A stretch of 63,670 bases of DNA, the filler included, from Collodictyon triciliatum (Eukaryota): assembly GCA_043381765.1 (NCBI GenBank). It is 4 parts of 4 records of this genome, joined end to end, with 100 filler letters (N's around TTAATTAATTAA, not from the genome) between each part and the next. Parts side by side here need not be neighbours in the genome. Positions count along the whole stretch, not along the records: positions 32,095 to 50,878 come from JBHJMP010001342.1; positions 50,979 to 63,670 come from JBHJMP010001350.1; 2 more parts are not named here. The stretch is one strand, 5' to 3'. Of this stretch, positions 48,901 through 61,021 are shown one piece after another; the first letter of the stretch is position 1, and each line of letters starts with the position of its first letter. The notes under the pieces are model-generated. The model was given only the letters and a program-made list of their open reading frames with translations, searched no databases and had not been told where the DNA came from. The position numbers and the translations under genes were made by a program.

Positions 48901-49409
48901 CCAAAATCTCGAAGTGAGAAGTAACTCAAATCGATATTGAGTACGTTTTGAATTATTTGAAAAAGATGAAAGCGCTCATCGACAGAAGATTCATCTAAGC
49001 CGGTCCCTCTTATCATTTGATTCTCGTTGCGATGCGATATATCGCGCACCATTGAATCCTCCCAGGGTGTATCTGGGTGATACTCTGGGAATTTATTGGC
49101 ATGCTGTAGAGATAATACCAAGGGTTTCAAACTCCACAGTAAATCCAGAGGGTGCCTCTTTTTCTTCAATCCATGTAGAATTAGAGAGTGTGGATTTCCA
49201 AACCCAACTACATCTAGCCTGTGCTTACCGCGTTTGAATTTCGGGCATAATGTCTTTTGCTGTAAAACGTTTCCTGCTGCAATTTTTCCCCTTCTAATAT
49301 CTGTAGGAAGCGAGTGTGTCAGATACGGCTCGTTTTTTGTAGGATGATCAACTTCATTTTCTGCATCAAATGTCTCGATATTGAAGCTGTCCTTCCTTTG
49401 GGGATTCAT
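36969..49409 (-). CDS. RNF213/mysterin-like giant AAA+ ATPase, multi-exon, no RING/RZ E3 module visible
   Basis: Ordered motifs LPRCEEVLICSSKTSRQEIDIF, VTSCKPSMGKSYWI, LPLIIT/GETGCGKTKL, FFDEIRT, IPPSIGLHLWNFG, VSLRDIKRCI, VGGSGTSKSLA, LMEDASLARQSPHAPFEIL, MHDFYG, SRHLMII, VHPNFK, TVLLSRFEKQ, WRHVYLDNI are collinear with the RNF213 AAA core as recalled. Confidence 0.8.
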
Positions 49410-49489
49410 CTATCTTTGACAATCGGAAGAATATTTTTGATGTCAAGAGTGATGATTATGAAACAAAGGTCCTTCGTATGAGTGTAGTA

Positions 49490-49632
49490 TTTTCATTTTC
49501 ATTTTCATTTTCNNNNNNNNNNNNNNNNNNNNNNNNNNNNNNNNNNNNNNNNNNNNNNNNNNNNNNNNNNNNNNNNNNNNNNNNNNNNNNNNNNNNNNNN
49601 NNNNNNNNNNNNNNNTTTTCATTTTCATTTTC
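49490..49632. repeat. (TTTTCA)n microsatellite spanning an internal scaffold gap
   Basis: Repeat units flank the N-run at 49513-49615. Confidence 0.8.
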
Positions 49633-50878
49633 GGTTTAATTTATTAGAACTGGCAGTATTTGTACAAAGACGCTCGCATTGATACTCGTTCATTTGAGCA
49701 TCCTGATAGATTTATTTTGAAATGTGTATGTTAGGAAGGAGTATCCAAGTGAATTTCACTTTTCTGTAGAACCCAATCAATCGCTCTTTCAAGCTCCGTC
49801 GTATTTTAAGAAGAACCCTCAAAAGTACTTTCCCAAAAATCCAACGTATGTTTTACGGAGTTTTAGAATTAGACTTATGCGTGGATTTTGTTGCAATCTT
49901 AGCTTTAAGTTTGCGATGTGCGGTAAATGGAAGTCTTGCTCTACTCTCGACATTTTTTCTATGAGGAACATTTCAATAGAGCCAATATAAGAAGGGGAGA
50001 TTATATAATTTGTAAAAACAACATTCTGATTTTATTTTATTTGATTAATTCTTTTCATATTTCATTACCATCATTAATTAATTCACTCGAAATAACAAAA
50101 AGAAAAAAAAGAATTCACACTCATCGATATTGATGATTTTTTTTCCACAAAAGCTCAACACAATCGCCCATGAATATGAAGAACAAATGGCAATAAATTT
50201 ACATCGTTAGCTCCTTTTAATAAGCATCAAATATATTTGAATAATCCAACCTATCTAATCAGAGTTATTCACAGAAATTTTGTTTGCTGTGTGGGCATAA
50301 CCCGGGCCTCAGGTCTCCCATCCATAACTACGGCACTTCAGTGAGGTTATAACATAATGTTCGCTCCATGGCTGAGTATCCACCGACCACATGTTTCATG
50401 AGCCATGAATTGTTACTTGAATGTTCTATTAGCTGGTGCTGTTTTTTTTTTTTTTCGTCGCCATATAACAACATTCACAGTTCTATTTATCTTAACGCAG
50501 CTAGTTTTAAATTACAGATAAATTATGACAACAAGAGGACAAGGAGAAAATAGAAAAAAATATCGCTGATTACTGGCATTTGGGAAGCAAAGCCAATACT
50601 TTGACATAGATTGTACAATTTTTCAGACTCTTACAAAAAAACCTGTCGAAATTCTGTGGCTGATATTATATTTATCTACATAGTTAGATAAATATAATAT
50701 CAGTGGCAGAATATCAGGTATGAATCAAGCACCACGTTTGTTTATTTGCCTCAGCAGCGAGAGAGAAGGAGCAGTGTCTAGCAGTAAACTAAACTGCATC
50801 TCGGCGTATATTTCCTACAACGTGGGCAACGTCCTTAGGCGGTGGTCTCTGTCGTGCCAGCAGCGGCCGTCCGCACGA

Positions 50879-50978
50879 NNNNNNNNNNNNNNNNNNNNNN
50901 NNNNNNNNNNNNNNNNNNNNNNTTAATTAATTAANNNNNNNNNNNNNNNNNNNNNNNNNNNNNNNNNNNNNNNNNNNN
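50879..50978. other. Artificial contig linker
   Basis: N44-TTAATTAATTAA-N44. Confidence 0.97.
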
Positions 50979-53900
50979 GCCATGGAGACACTGGAAAGCT
51001 TCCGCCCCGGATATCTTCCAGCCCTGGGATCGCTGGTGGGGGCTTCTCATCTGAGTTTTCACGGGCTGCAGCTGACATATTTGCCGGAGGAGATCACCCT
51101 TTTGTCGAGATTGCAAGGTTTATACGCGGACAAAAACAAGGTGGGCTTTAGAGTAGATCTTTTATTTATTTATTTATTTATTTATTTTTAAAACACCATA
51201 AGGAAATATGAAACTGTTTCATTTCAAAATCGTTTGAAAAGACAAGAAAGGAAAAAAAAAAAGAGCATATATTCATCATTCAAATCAAAGCTTTTCAGTC
51301 TCTCGGACGCTTTCTCTCTTTTAACTGGGATAACAGCTTTGGATATTTCGAGAAATTGTGTATGTTAAGGCTCTTTTATTTCGACATTCAGACCAGAGGA
51401 TCACCTTACCTCTATTTTATTTGTATTATAGCAAGATTGTTGCTACGTATATTTGTCATGATGCCCCTTTCTATGAAATACAAGATTTCTATCAACATGA
51501 ATTATTTACTATCTATGTTATACTCTCTCACTTGTTTGTTTTCTTTTACTTTTTTTTTATACATACTTTCATAGTAGCATCTTATACTTTTCACATATAC
51601 AAAATATATACGAGATGTAACTATTTATTCACGCACTTAGTTTTCTGAAGTTCCTGATGCTATCAGTTTCATGACCCAACTATGCATTCTGAAGATGAAT
51701 CATAACCCTGTTCGTCACCTTCATTAATCATTCCTGACCATAATAAGATGACCATTTTTTGTATCAATTTCTCCCCACTTTTTTTTTTAAAAAAAAATGA
51801 ACGGCTTGACATAACATAATTCTAAAACAGATAATCCAAATGCCACAATGGGTAACATTATTGACTTCTTTGAGTAAACTCGAAGTTCAAAGCAGGAATA
51901 TCCAGATGGTTTGGTTCTCTATTCTGTAAAAGAGTAAAACTACAAATATCACTTTCCACTTAGAGCTTATGGAAAAAAGGGTTTGTTGAGGATAGGTTTG
52001 TGCTAAAAGTGAATGTATACAACCCGTAAATAGGAAATACGTGTGCCTAGGGGTATATCTGTACTTCCGTGTTGGAATTCATTTCAAACCTATCATCGTC
52101 AATACGCAATCAATGTCTTCGATGATGTCTCATTTTACCAAATCAATAAGAAGCTGGGTGATTTGGATATCTTTTTCCCAACATTCCATCGATTCCAACA
52201 GATCGACATATCCAATAACAGTGTAAATCGCAAATTGATCGCATACTCACATTAAATAGCTCAGCATTTTCATCTTTCACTACAAATCCTCATGTAATGC
52301 ATAGCATTTAATTAATTCAGATATATTTAATTCCCGAATCATTTACGTTACTGACACATCTTATCTCATTGGTAGCCAACAGTAATATGGTAGGGTTCTG
52401 TCGCTATGTATTATACCATTTTTAATTATTTTTTTTTTAGATTTTTTTATACTAAATCCAACATATCTGTAATCAGTTGTCTANNNNNNNNNNNNNNNNN
52501 NNNNNNNNNNNNNNNNNNNNNNNNNNNNNNNNNNNNNNNNNNNNNNNNNNNNNNNNNNNNNNNNNNNNNNNNNNNNNNNNNNNNNNNNNNNNNNNNNNNN
52601 NNNNNNNNNNNNNNNNNNNNNNNNNNNNNNNNNNNNNNNNNNNNNNNNNNNNNNNNNNNNNNNNNNNNNNNNNNNNNNNNNNNNNNNNNNNNNNNNNNNN
52701 NNNNNNNNNNNNNNNNNNNNNNNNNNNNNNNNNNNNNNNNNNNNNNNNNNNNNNNNNNNNNNNNNNNNNNNNNNNNNNNNNNNNNNNNNNNNNNNNNNNN
52801 NNNNNNNNNNNNNNNNNNNNNNNNNNNNNNNNNNNNNNNNNNNNNNNNNNNNNNNNNNNNNNNNNNNNNNNNNNNNNNNNNNNNNNNNNNNNNNNNNNNN
52901 NNNNNNNNGAGCAAATTTCAAAAATGTCATCATTAGTTAGATTAGATATGAGCTCGAACGAGGTGTTTTTTTTTTAAAAAAATTTTTATTATTATTTTCA
53001 TGCATGAGACCGATTTGGTGATGGTATTTCAATATGAGGTTTTTTTTCTTTCCATACAGCTTAAGTTTATACCAGAAGGAATATCTCAACTGACAAATCT
53101 TGAAATACTTAGTGTTGACCACAACAAGGTTTTTCTTCTTTTGATTAAATTCTAGAATGTGGAATGAATCTGCAATATTAACCTTAATTTCTCGCTTAGA
53201 TATCTGATTTCCCAGATCTACGTAGCCTGAAGAGACTCGGAGTGATAAGATTCCGCGGTTCTCTTTTACAATCATCTGCTCAACTTATCCTTCAAGAAAT
53301 AGAGAGAAGTAAAGACACTATATTTCTACGTGGAAAGAATCTAACTGAGATATCAGAAGTATTGATCCGATTGCCTTGTACATTAAAGAAAATAGACGTT
53401 TCCTTCAACCAGGTAAGTGTGTTTACAAATTTAAACGGGGATTATTGAAATCATATGCTTATTCAAAAAACCTTATTTCGGCTTTAAATCGGCAGTTTTT
53501 TTTTCTTTCATGTAAAATGCTACAGATCATATCATATGACTGGTTGTTTGCAATTTATTCAGATATCTCATCTCCCTCCATGGATTGGTGTTTTATCTCA
53601 GCTCGAAGAGCTTGACATATCTCACAATCAAGTAACTTACCATGCTAATGTTGAAAAAAAAAGACTTAATTTCTGATATATCAGTACTGTTTAATGGCAT
53701 TCGCACTACATGAGGCCCAAAATATATTTGAATGAATTTTGCGAATGTAATTTGCGTATTTGTAAAATCACTTTAAATAGGTATCAGTTCTTCCTGTATC
53801 CATGGCAAATCTAAAGAGATTGACGAAATTCAACTTTTTCGATAACCCCATAAGTGATGCACATATTTTATGGGCCTCTCCAGATACAAGATCAGTGCTG

Positions 53901-56587
53901 AATCTATTGCAGGAGAAAACTTCTGGGACATATAAGTGGAATCAAGTTCGATTGATGGTATTGGGAGAGCAAGTAGCTGGCAAAACAACACTGATAAAAT
54001 CTCTGTTGAGCCAAGGAAAGTTTCAGAGCAACTGTGACCCCAGAAGAATTGCAACAGTTGGTGCAGATGTGTCTCCTACCCCTTTGATTCTTCAGACAGA
54101 GGGAGTCAGCCTCGAGTATAATATTTGGGACTTTGGTGGCCAAGAGGAGTTCCAAATGACACATCCCTTCTTTCTGTCGTCTGGTTCCCTTGTCCTTCTG
54201 GCTTGGGATGTGACAATTGGACCACGCCGTAGTAAAATCGTTGATTGGGCGTGTATGATTGCAGCCGTAACACCAGGTGTTCATGTCATCGTAGTAGGTA
54301 CGAAAACTGACCTCGAGACAGGCAAACTAGAGCATCAGCGGGATTTACACATGCAGGAGCTAAGAGATATATTAGCACCATACCAGTCCAGTCTTAAAAT
54401 AATGGATTATATATTTGTCAGCAACTTTAATGGGGAAGGAATAGAGCTATTGAAGACTGCAATCGCCAGGTGCTCATGGAAACTTCCGAGTGTCCACCAA
54501 GAACTTCCAATCACCTATATCCGAGCAAAGGAGGCTATCGAGGCGATAGGAAAAGCAAGACCAATCCCTGTGGCCACCTTCAGCGAGATTGAAGATTTGT
54601 GCGCCTCCATTTCCCTTAACATGGATGCATATGTGGTTTTACAGTTCTTGCAGGATTTAGGTGCCGTTGTCTGGAACAGGTCAGAGAATCTCAACAAAGT
54701 TGTTGTGTGTCACCCTCCATTTCTGATACGAATATTTCTTCAAGTTTTTAACTTTATCCGCAGTAACTTTGATATTGGTGCATACTCTATTCGGGAGTTG
54801 GAAAACATGTTTGAGGTTCACTTTCCATCGATGGCAGAGTACGTACTTCACGTATTTCGAGGGTTTCGCCTTTCCTTTCCTATAAGAGATGGTACGGTGG
54901 AAGTATTTCCTTCCCTCTTACCCCGCGGAATTCCTCCTATGCATGTCTGGCCAGCTCGGCCAGTGGTGGGAACTGTATTCTTTGCATCTGAAGTGCAACT
55001 TTCATTTCTTCCTCGCGCACTATTTGGTCATCTGGTTAGCGTGCTAAATCTCTACTCCAAACCATGGGGCAGCTCGGCTGATGTTCCTTACTTGAGTCGA
55101 ACCATATTTGTGGGGGACTTCCATAACCCCCAAGAAAACACCACTTTCCGCGCGTGCCTCGAAAACATATCAGGAGAAAGAGCACTCTATGTCTCAGTTA
55201 GGTCAAGAGACACTCACGAAAAGGCCTTCAAGAGTTTGTTATATCTATTAAATATTGTAAAGAAGACAGTTTCATATTTCAAAGGAATCACCGTTTGTAC
55301 CCAAAAAATGTTTTGCCCTCAATGTGTCCAATCGGAATCCAGACTTCATTTTTGCGGAAAAGATGTTTTCCCCGACAATGTCACATATTACCAAGATATT
55401 CAGATAGCTTGCATTTCAAACCATGATGAAAAAGAACACCTCTTGGACAAAAACGAGGAAAATATACCAGGAGAAATTGGTCGTCAATACAAATGCAAAG
55501 AAGATGACACCATCCTTTCTGACCTAACATCAGTTCCATCGAGTTTCCAACTAACTTTGGAAAAAATAGATAATTCTGCATCTAAACTAACTTTGAGGCT
55601 CATATGTGATAATCCAGCTTCCCCCCATACACTATCATCATTACCGGCTTATCACATCCGCCCCGAACTACTGTACAACCGTAAATTCTTGGTGGAATTT
55701 CTTCGGGTTCTTTGTTTCAAAAGAAGTGATATAAACTTTCTGTCTGATATGAAAGGGGAAGATCTATCAGGCCATTTGTTCCACTGGATAGATAGATATG
55801 CTCTAAACACGAATCATTTCACGAATGACGTTTCATTCACCTACATTCTGTCGAAAATCGACCCTGACAGCAAGTGGCAGGGTCACCTCAGACTCAGAGA
55901 ATTTCCCAACACACAAAGCCGCTATCTTTGTGAACAATGCTGCTCTTCGATGCACAGCACACAAAAACGCCCAATCCAAGAGTACTCATTGTCAGCTACC
56001 GTCTGGTACAGGAAGGAAAAGATGATGAATGTGTGGCGGCAACGTTATTTTGTGTTCATTCCATCCAGCCGCCGACTTATTAGATACATGGAGAGCACTT
56101 CATGGGAATCGAGAGAAAGAATCGCAATTCCACCTAAGCTGCAGGTTGTATAAAATTTTAATTTCTATGTCAACGTTTGCGTTTTTGTGTATGAGTTGTT
56201 TTTTTTCTCTCTCCTCCTTTTGATTAATATTGATGCTTCAGGTATTTGATTTGCCCACTAACGACGAGATGTTTGGAATCAAATTCTCGGCTGGTGGGTT
56301 TGTTCATTTGATGAAGGTATAAAAAAAAAAACAAACGTGGATATATTCTATTTGTCATTCTCCGTCATCTTTAAATCCAGTAATTCTATCGTATCCATTA
56401 TCATCATTTTTTTTTTTTTTACCATGGATGGAAAACTATGTATTAACTGGTCTGACACATGTATTGACACACGAAAATATTTAAATGTGCCTCTTTGTGT
56501 GTTTAGTATTCATTCTGACATTATTGTATGACAAAGTTTCATACCCAAGGAGAAAAGGATTTGTGGCTTAAGCATCTACAAGCATGA
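50979..56587 (+). CDS. Roco protein: LRR-Roc-COR with C-terminal PH domain, no kinase (5' possibly partial, internal gap 52484-52908)
   Basis: LRR exons; Roc motifs RLMVLGEQVAGKTTL, ATVGADV, NIWDFGGQEEFQMTHPFFL, VVGTKTDL; COR LQFLQDLGAVV..FPSLLP; PH-like WRQRYFVF ... FHTQGEKDLWLKHLQA* (TGA 56585-56587). Confidence 0.88.
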
Positions 56588-56862
56588 GTATATTAAAATC
56601 TTGCCGAGAACTTCAAATTGCAACCCATCGGAATGACAATTTAGCACACACACACACCCAAAAAAAGAAGGAATTTATAGAAAAGAAAAATATGCGGAAA
56701 TACCATTTCCCTTTTAAAATAAAAAAATCTGAAATCTTTTACTGATGCTTAAACACTCGCACGAAAAGTTGTAAACATAAAGAATACCTGAGCAATAATT
56801 AGTCTGTGAGACATGCTTTATTCTTGGAATTATTTCAGCAAAGTAGGTGGAAAGGGGTGGTG

Positions 56863-58684
56863 TCAATAAAAAAACATTTCTGATTCCTGTGGTTGTTGTT
56901 TTCCATCACTTTCTGCACGACCAGCGGGTGCAGATGGGGTGTTTGATATTACATTAAATCCATCACCTCTAGAGTTTACCATAGGAGAGGCCATAGGTGC
57001 TGGTGACTGCCTATTTCCAGAAGCAAGTTTGCTTTCTACCTTGGGGTCTAGACCGAGGCCATCGAGGATGATGTTGCTATCTTTTGCAGTTGATTCTACT
57101 CGCTTTTGGGATGGTTGTGCTGACTTGGTCTTAATATATTCCGCCGACTGAGGGATGTGTCTCACTTTGCAAAACATTAGATAAAAGATTAATATGTCGG
57201 GAAAAAAAAAGAGTCAGAATTCAGAATTCAGAGGGATTCGAAGGAGAAATACGATTATTTTATCTTTTCTTCCTAATCTTGGATGTACATATGAAAAATT
57301 AAATTATACAATTGTCAATTATTATTTTATTTTATTTTTAAAAAAAAAGGAACCTCCATTCCCGGTGTTCGCAATATGGGATGCATCTTGCTCATCGAGG
57401 AGTCCATCTATTGTGGCTGATTCCCTCGACTTTCCTGGTTCGAAACGATGTGCCTGTGCATGGTTGGGAGTCAAGCTAGCGTCTATTCTCATCCCATGAG
57501 GAGTTTCTGTGGGCTGTTCACGGGCTGAATCGGAGTGATATCTGACGTTAGGGTGGGGCTTTTCAGAATAGTGAGAGGGAGATGATTCTGTGGGACGAAG
57601 AGTTTGGTGTCGATCGGCGGAAGCAAAGAGTCCATTTGATACAGCATTGAGTGGTTCAGGAGGCGCTTGTTTTGTGCGAGTATACTGTGGCTGGTGAAGA
57701 TAGACAGACACGGGAGGAGATGATGGAGATGAGGGTGAAGGAGAGTGCAGAAGATGAGAACGAGGGCCCAACGACGAAGGGCTCATTCGACGATGGATGC
57801 CGCGTTGCGGGTTTTTCGTGCTTGCAAGGGAGGCATAGTCGAGAGACTCTCTGCTTGTGTCGAGCGGGTTTGCTGATTGAGCATGGAGGGTCTCATCCAA
57901 AGCTCGTTGCAAAGTATGGACTTGGCCCTCCATGGCGGCGATCATCCGCCGTTCATGGACCAGCTCGTCCTGGTATATTCTGGCGGCATTCTGGGCCAGG
58001 TGGAACTCGGTCTGAAGCTTCCTGAACTCGTCCAGAGAGGGTGCGCGCGATGAGGCTGTTTCAGCACGATGCGAGAGCCTCTCGGTTGAGCTGTGGCGCT
58101 CATATCGTGTTGGGGACTCGAGCGACCTGCGGAGATCGTTGAGCTCCAACTCCAGCAGACTCTTCTCGGCCCAGACATCACGATAGTGGGCAAAGTGCAT
58201 CAGCTCCGCGTGCCCAGCGTCCGGGACAAGTCTGTCGGGGCTGCGAGAATCCGGGCCTTCGCGGACTGGCGGACTTGGCGAGTTGTGCGCCAGAGAAACA
58301 CACTGCTGCAGCTGGGCCAGATCGCTTGCTTTGAGGTAGCCTGCGCCGAGCAGATACTGCGCCAGAGACCCGAAGAGCAGATCCTTCTCGTCCAGGCGGG
58401 CCTTTTGCGCGTCCACCACTGCGCGCAGACGATCGATCTCGTGATGCGCTTGGAGCAGCTGCGCGTGGAGCCGCTCGATCTCATGATGTGCTGCGAGTGC
58501 GGGGCGTTAGTCGGGTCTGACGCGCTGCTTTGGCTGGCCTTCTGCGGGCATGGGCGTGTGTGTGTGTGTGTGTGTGCGTATGCTTCCTTTGGGGGAGTCT
58601 GTTGGCGAGGGCGGCCGTACCTGAGCGCAGGATCGCCGAGATGGTGGCGTCGATCAGAGTCTCGCTTCCACCCGGGCGCAGCAT
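56863..58684 (-). CDS. Hypothetical coiled-coil protein with Ser/Pro-rich tail, 3 exons
   Basis: MLRPGGSETLIDATISAILRS|AHHEIERLHAQLLQAHHEIDRLRAVVDAQKARLDEKD...NTGNG|VRHIPQ...ESEMFFY*, with phase-consistent GT-AG junctions. Confidence 0.7.
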
Positions 58685-58777
58685 CCTTTGTCTGTTTGTA
58701 GGCTGTTTGTGAGCGTGTATGCGTCTACTCTGCCCACGGGCCAAGGTCTTTTATGCAAAACAGGGGTGGGCGGCCGG

Positions 58778-59848
58778 TCACGAGTCGGGGTGGGGGTGGG
58801 GGTGGGGCCGGGCCAGCAGCAGAGCCTCGAGGCGGGCAATCTGGGAGCGCAGGTGGGCCGTCTCACGCCGCAGGTGGGCCACTTCGTCCTCGTGGGCGCG
58901 CTGGCGGGAGGCCCAGTCGGACGCGTCGAGAGAGAGGGGCGGGATGACGGCCAGCGATTGTGATTGTGATTGTGATTGTGATTGTGATTGTGATTGTGAT
59001 TGTGATTGTGGGGAGGACCGTGCGTGCATGGCCTGCAGCGTCTCGCCCGTGATGGCGTCGGGCGTGCGGAGCGGCCACCCGCTCAGGTCGGGCATGTCGC
59101 TCTCGGGCGCAGCCTCGCTCTGCCACGACGCCGAGTCGGCCTCCGCCTCCCGCTCGCAGGAGCTTGTCTCGTGCTCGCGCAGCAGCCGCAGGTTTGTGTT
59201 GCGCGGGGGTGCAGGGACCAGCGCCTGCCACGCCGCCCCCGCCCGCGGCCTCTTGACCCGCCCCCGCCGGTCCACCACCAGCCGCGTGTCGCCGCCCGCC
59301 TCCTCCGCCCCGCCTTCGCCTTCGCCCTGCATCGCAAGTCGCGCCTCCCGCGCCTCCCGCGCAGCCTTCTCCTCCCACGTCAGCGCAGAGTGCTGCTTCC
59401 ACCGCCCCCGGCCGCCCTGCTCGCCCCCGGCCGTCCGCCCTGCTTGGCGCCTCGGGCTGGGGCTGTCCACCCGCGTTGTGCTCTCGCGAGCGGCGCTTCC
59501 CCTGCCTGCTGCGGGCGCGGGTGGCGCTGCCGGGTGCAGACTGCTTTCGGCGTTGCCGTTGGTTTGGCTGCGGGTGTCCATATCTTGGTCTTTGTGCATC
59601 GCATCCTGGTTCTGGCTCTGGTTCTGGTTCTGGCTCTGGCTCTGGCTCTGGCTCTGGCTGCGGTTGCGGTTGCGAGGTCGTTTGCGGATGCGATTGCGGT
59701 GTCGGTGGCGTCGGGGTTGATCAGGGGTGTTCTTGGAGGAGCCGTGTGACTGCTGCTGCTGCTGCTGTTCTTGCTCTCGTTCTGGTTCTGGTGTGCCTGA
59801 GTCGAGGCGGGTTTCCATGGCGGTGCTCTGGGTAGATGGCGTGGCCAT
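58778..59848 (-). CDS. HEXIM-like protein (P-TEFb/7SK regulator-like), intronless, 356 aa
   Basis: Arg-rich segment RRHRHRNRIRKRPRNR, then WKQHSALTWEEK (cf. HEXIM1 WKPYYKLTWEEK), PAPPRNTNLRLLREH (cf. PVAPYNTTQFLMDDH), an acidic stretch and a C-terminal coiled coil EVAHLRRETAHLRSQIARLE. Confidence 0.65.
   Translation of the reverse strand: MATPSTQSTAMETRLDSGTPEPEREQEQQQQQQSHGSSKNTPDQPRRHRHRNRIRKRPRNRNRSQSQSQSQSQNQNQSQNQDAMHKDQDMDTRSQTNGNAESSLHPAAPPAPAAGRGSAARESTTRVDSPSPRRQAGRTAGGEQGGRGRWKQHSALTWEEKAAREAREARLAMQGEGEGGAEEAGGDTRLVVDRRGRVKRPRAGAAWQALVPAPPRNTNLRLLREHETSSCEREAEADSASWQSEAAPESDMPDLSGWPLRTPDAITGETLQAMHARSSPQSQSQSQSQSQSQSQSQSLAVIPPLSLDASDWASRQRAHEDEVAHLRRETAHLRSQIARLEALLLARPHPHPHPDS
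58957..59009. repeat. (GATTGT)n coding microsatellite (poly-SQ in HEXIM-like protein)
   Basis: Direct tandem hexamer repeat. Confidence 0.9.
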
Positions 59849-61021
59849 GGCTTTGTGATGTGGGTGGTGGGTGGTGCTGTATCGCTGTGTTTGAGTGGTG
59901 ATGACAGTTAAAAATCTGTGGGGTAGTGGGTTGGGTTCGGATCGGTGGCGATTCGTAATCAGTGGCGCAGCTTTATCTTGCTTCTTCCATTTCAGATTTG
60001 CCGTTTTCTTTTCTTCATAACATCGCATATTTTGGATGGGTATATAATCTATAAACAAATGTATGATACAGCAATTTTTGCTGGGCAAGATATGGGCATT
60101 GACATCCTGCCTCCGGCCCCAAGACCCATGCAAGGCTCAGGTGGTGATATCAAGAGCTCGACGTATGCAGCTTGATTCTCATTTTCCTCGCCGGCCAGTT
60201 ACTGTGCCTCTTGTGTGGGCTTCTGCTTTGGCGGGTATGGACGCAATTGCCACCCTACCGCGCTGCGTGTACGATTTCAGAATAATTTGTTCGAATGTGC
60301 TGTTTTTTCTTCCATTCTCATTTAGCTCTGGACATTATGATTTTTTGTTTCTGTGTTGGATTTCTGCGAGGCGCAAGGCTTCCCAGCGTTGGTGGATCGC
60401 CAGATGAATTTGTCGCCAGCAGTGTGTGTGAGTGAAGAAGCGGGAATTGCCGTGCTTAGTGCTGCTGACTATATACCCTGCGAATGGGCTATATATAGGG
60501 TTGCATTATGATACGGTACTACATATACAATAAAAATAAATATGGAAAATAATTTATATTATTACAAAAGCTGTATATAAAATTCACAAATACTGGCATG
60601 CGACATTAATATGTGCGAAATATTCGGCGCGATACGCAATACTTTTAAATGCAACACAGCCCGTCTGATGTGTTTGTCAAAGGTCTTAAGCCAACTTGTG
60701 CTTGCGCCATCGTCGTAATTATTCATAAACCATAAAATTCATCACAAACTCACTGAGCCCAAGCACATAATCTGACTATTCACCAACAACAGTAGGTTCA
60801 TCAAGAATGGTTATATTGTCCCCCCCCCCCCCCCCCCCTTTTTTTTTTTTTTTTTTTTGATTTTTTTCTGGTGTTTTCCACCTCCCTGGATTCATTATTC
60901 TCTTTCATTTCATTTTTTTATTCCACTTAGCTGAATGGTGGCAGTGGAGTGTCTGTGGACTTCTTCTGTGCTTTTGGATTTGAGAGACCCTTGCTCTTAA
61001 ATTGTCCTCGAACTTACGTCG

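Noticed and set aside
58093-59835. Long plus-strand ORFs (202, 333 and 247 aa)
   Set aside because: Antisense shadows of GC-rich minus-strand genes.
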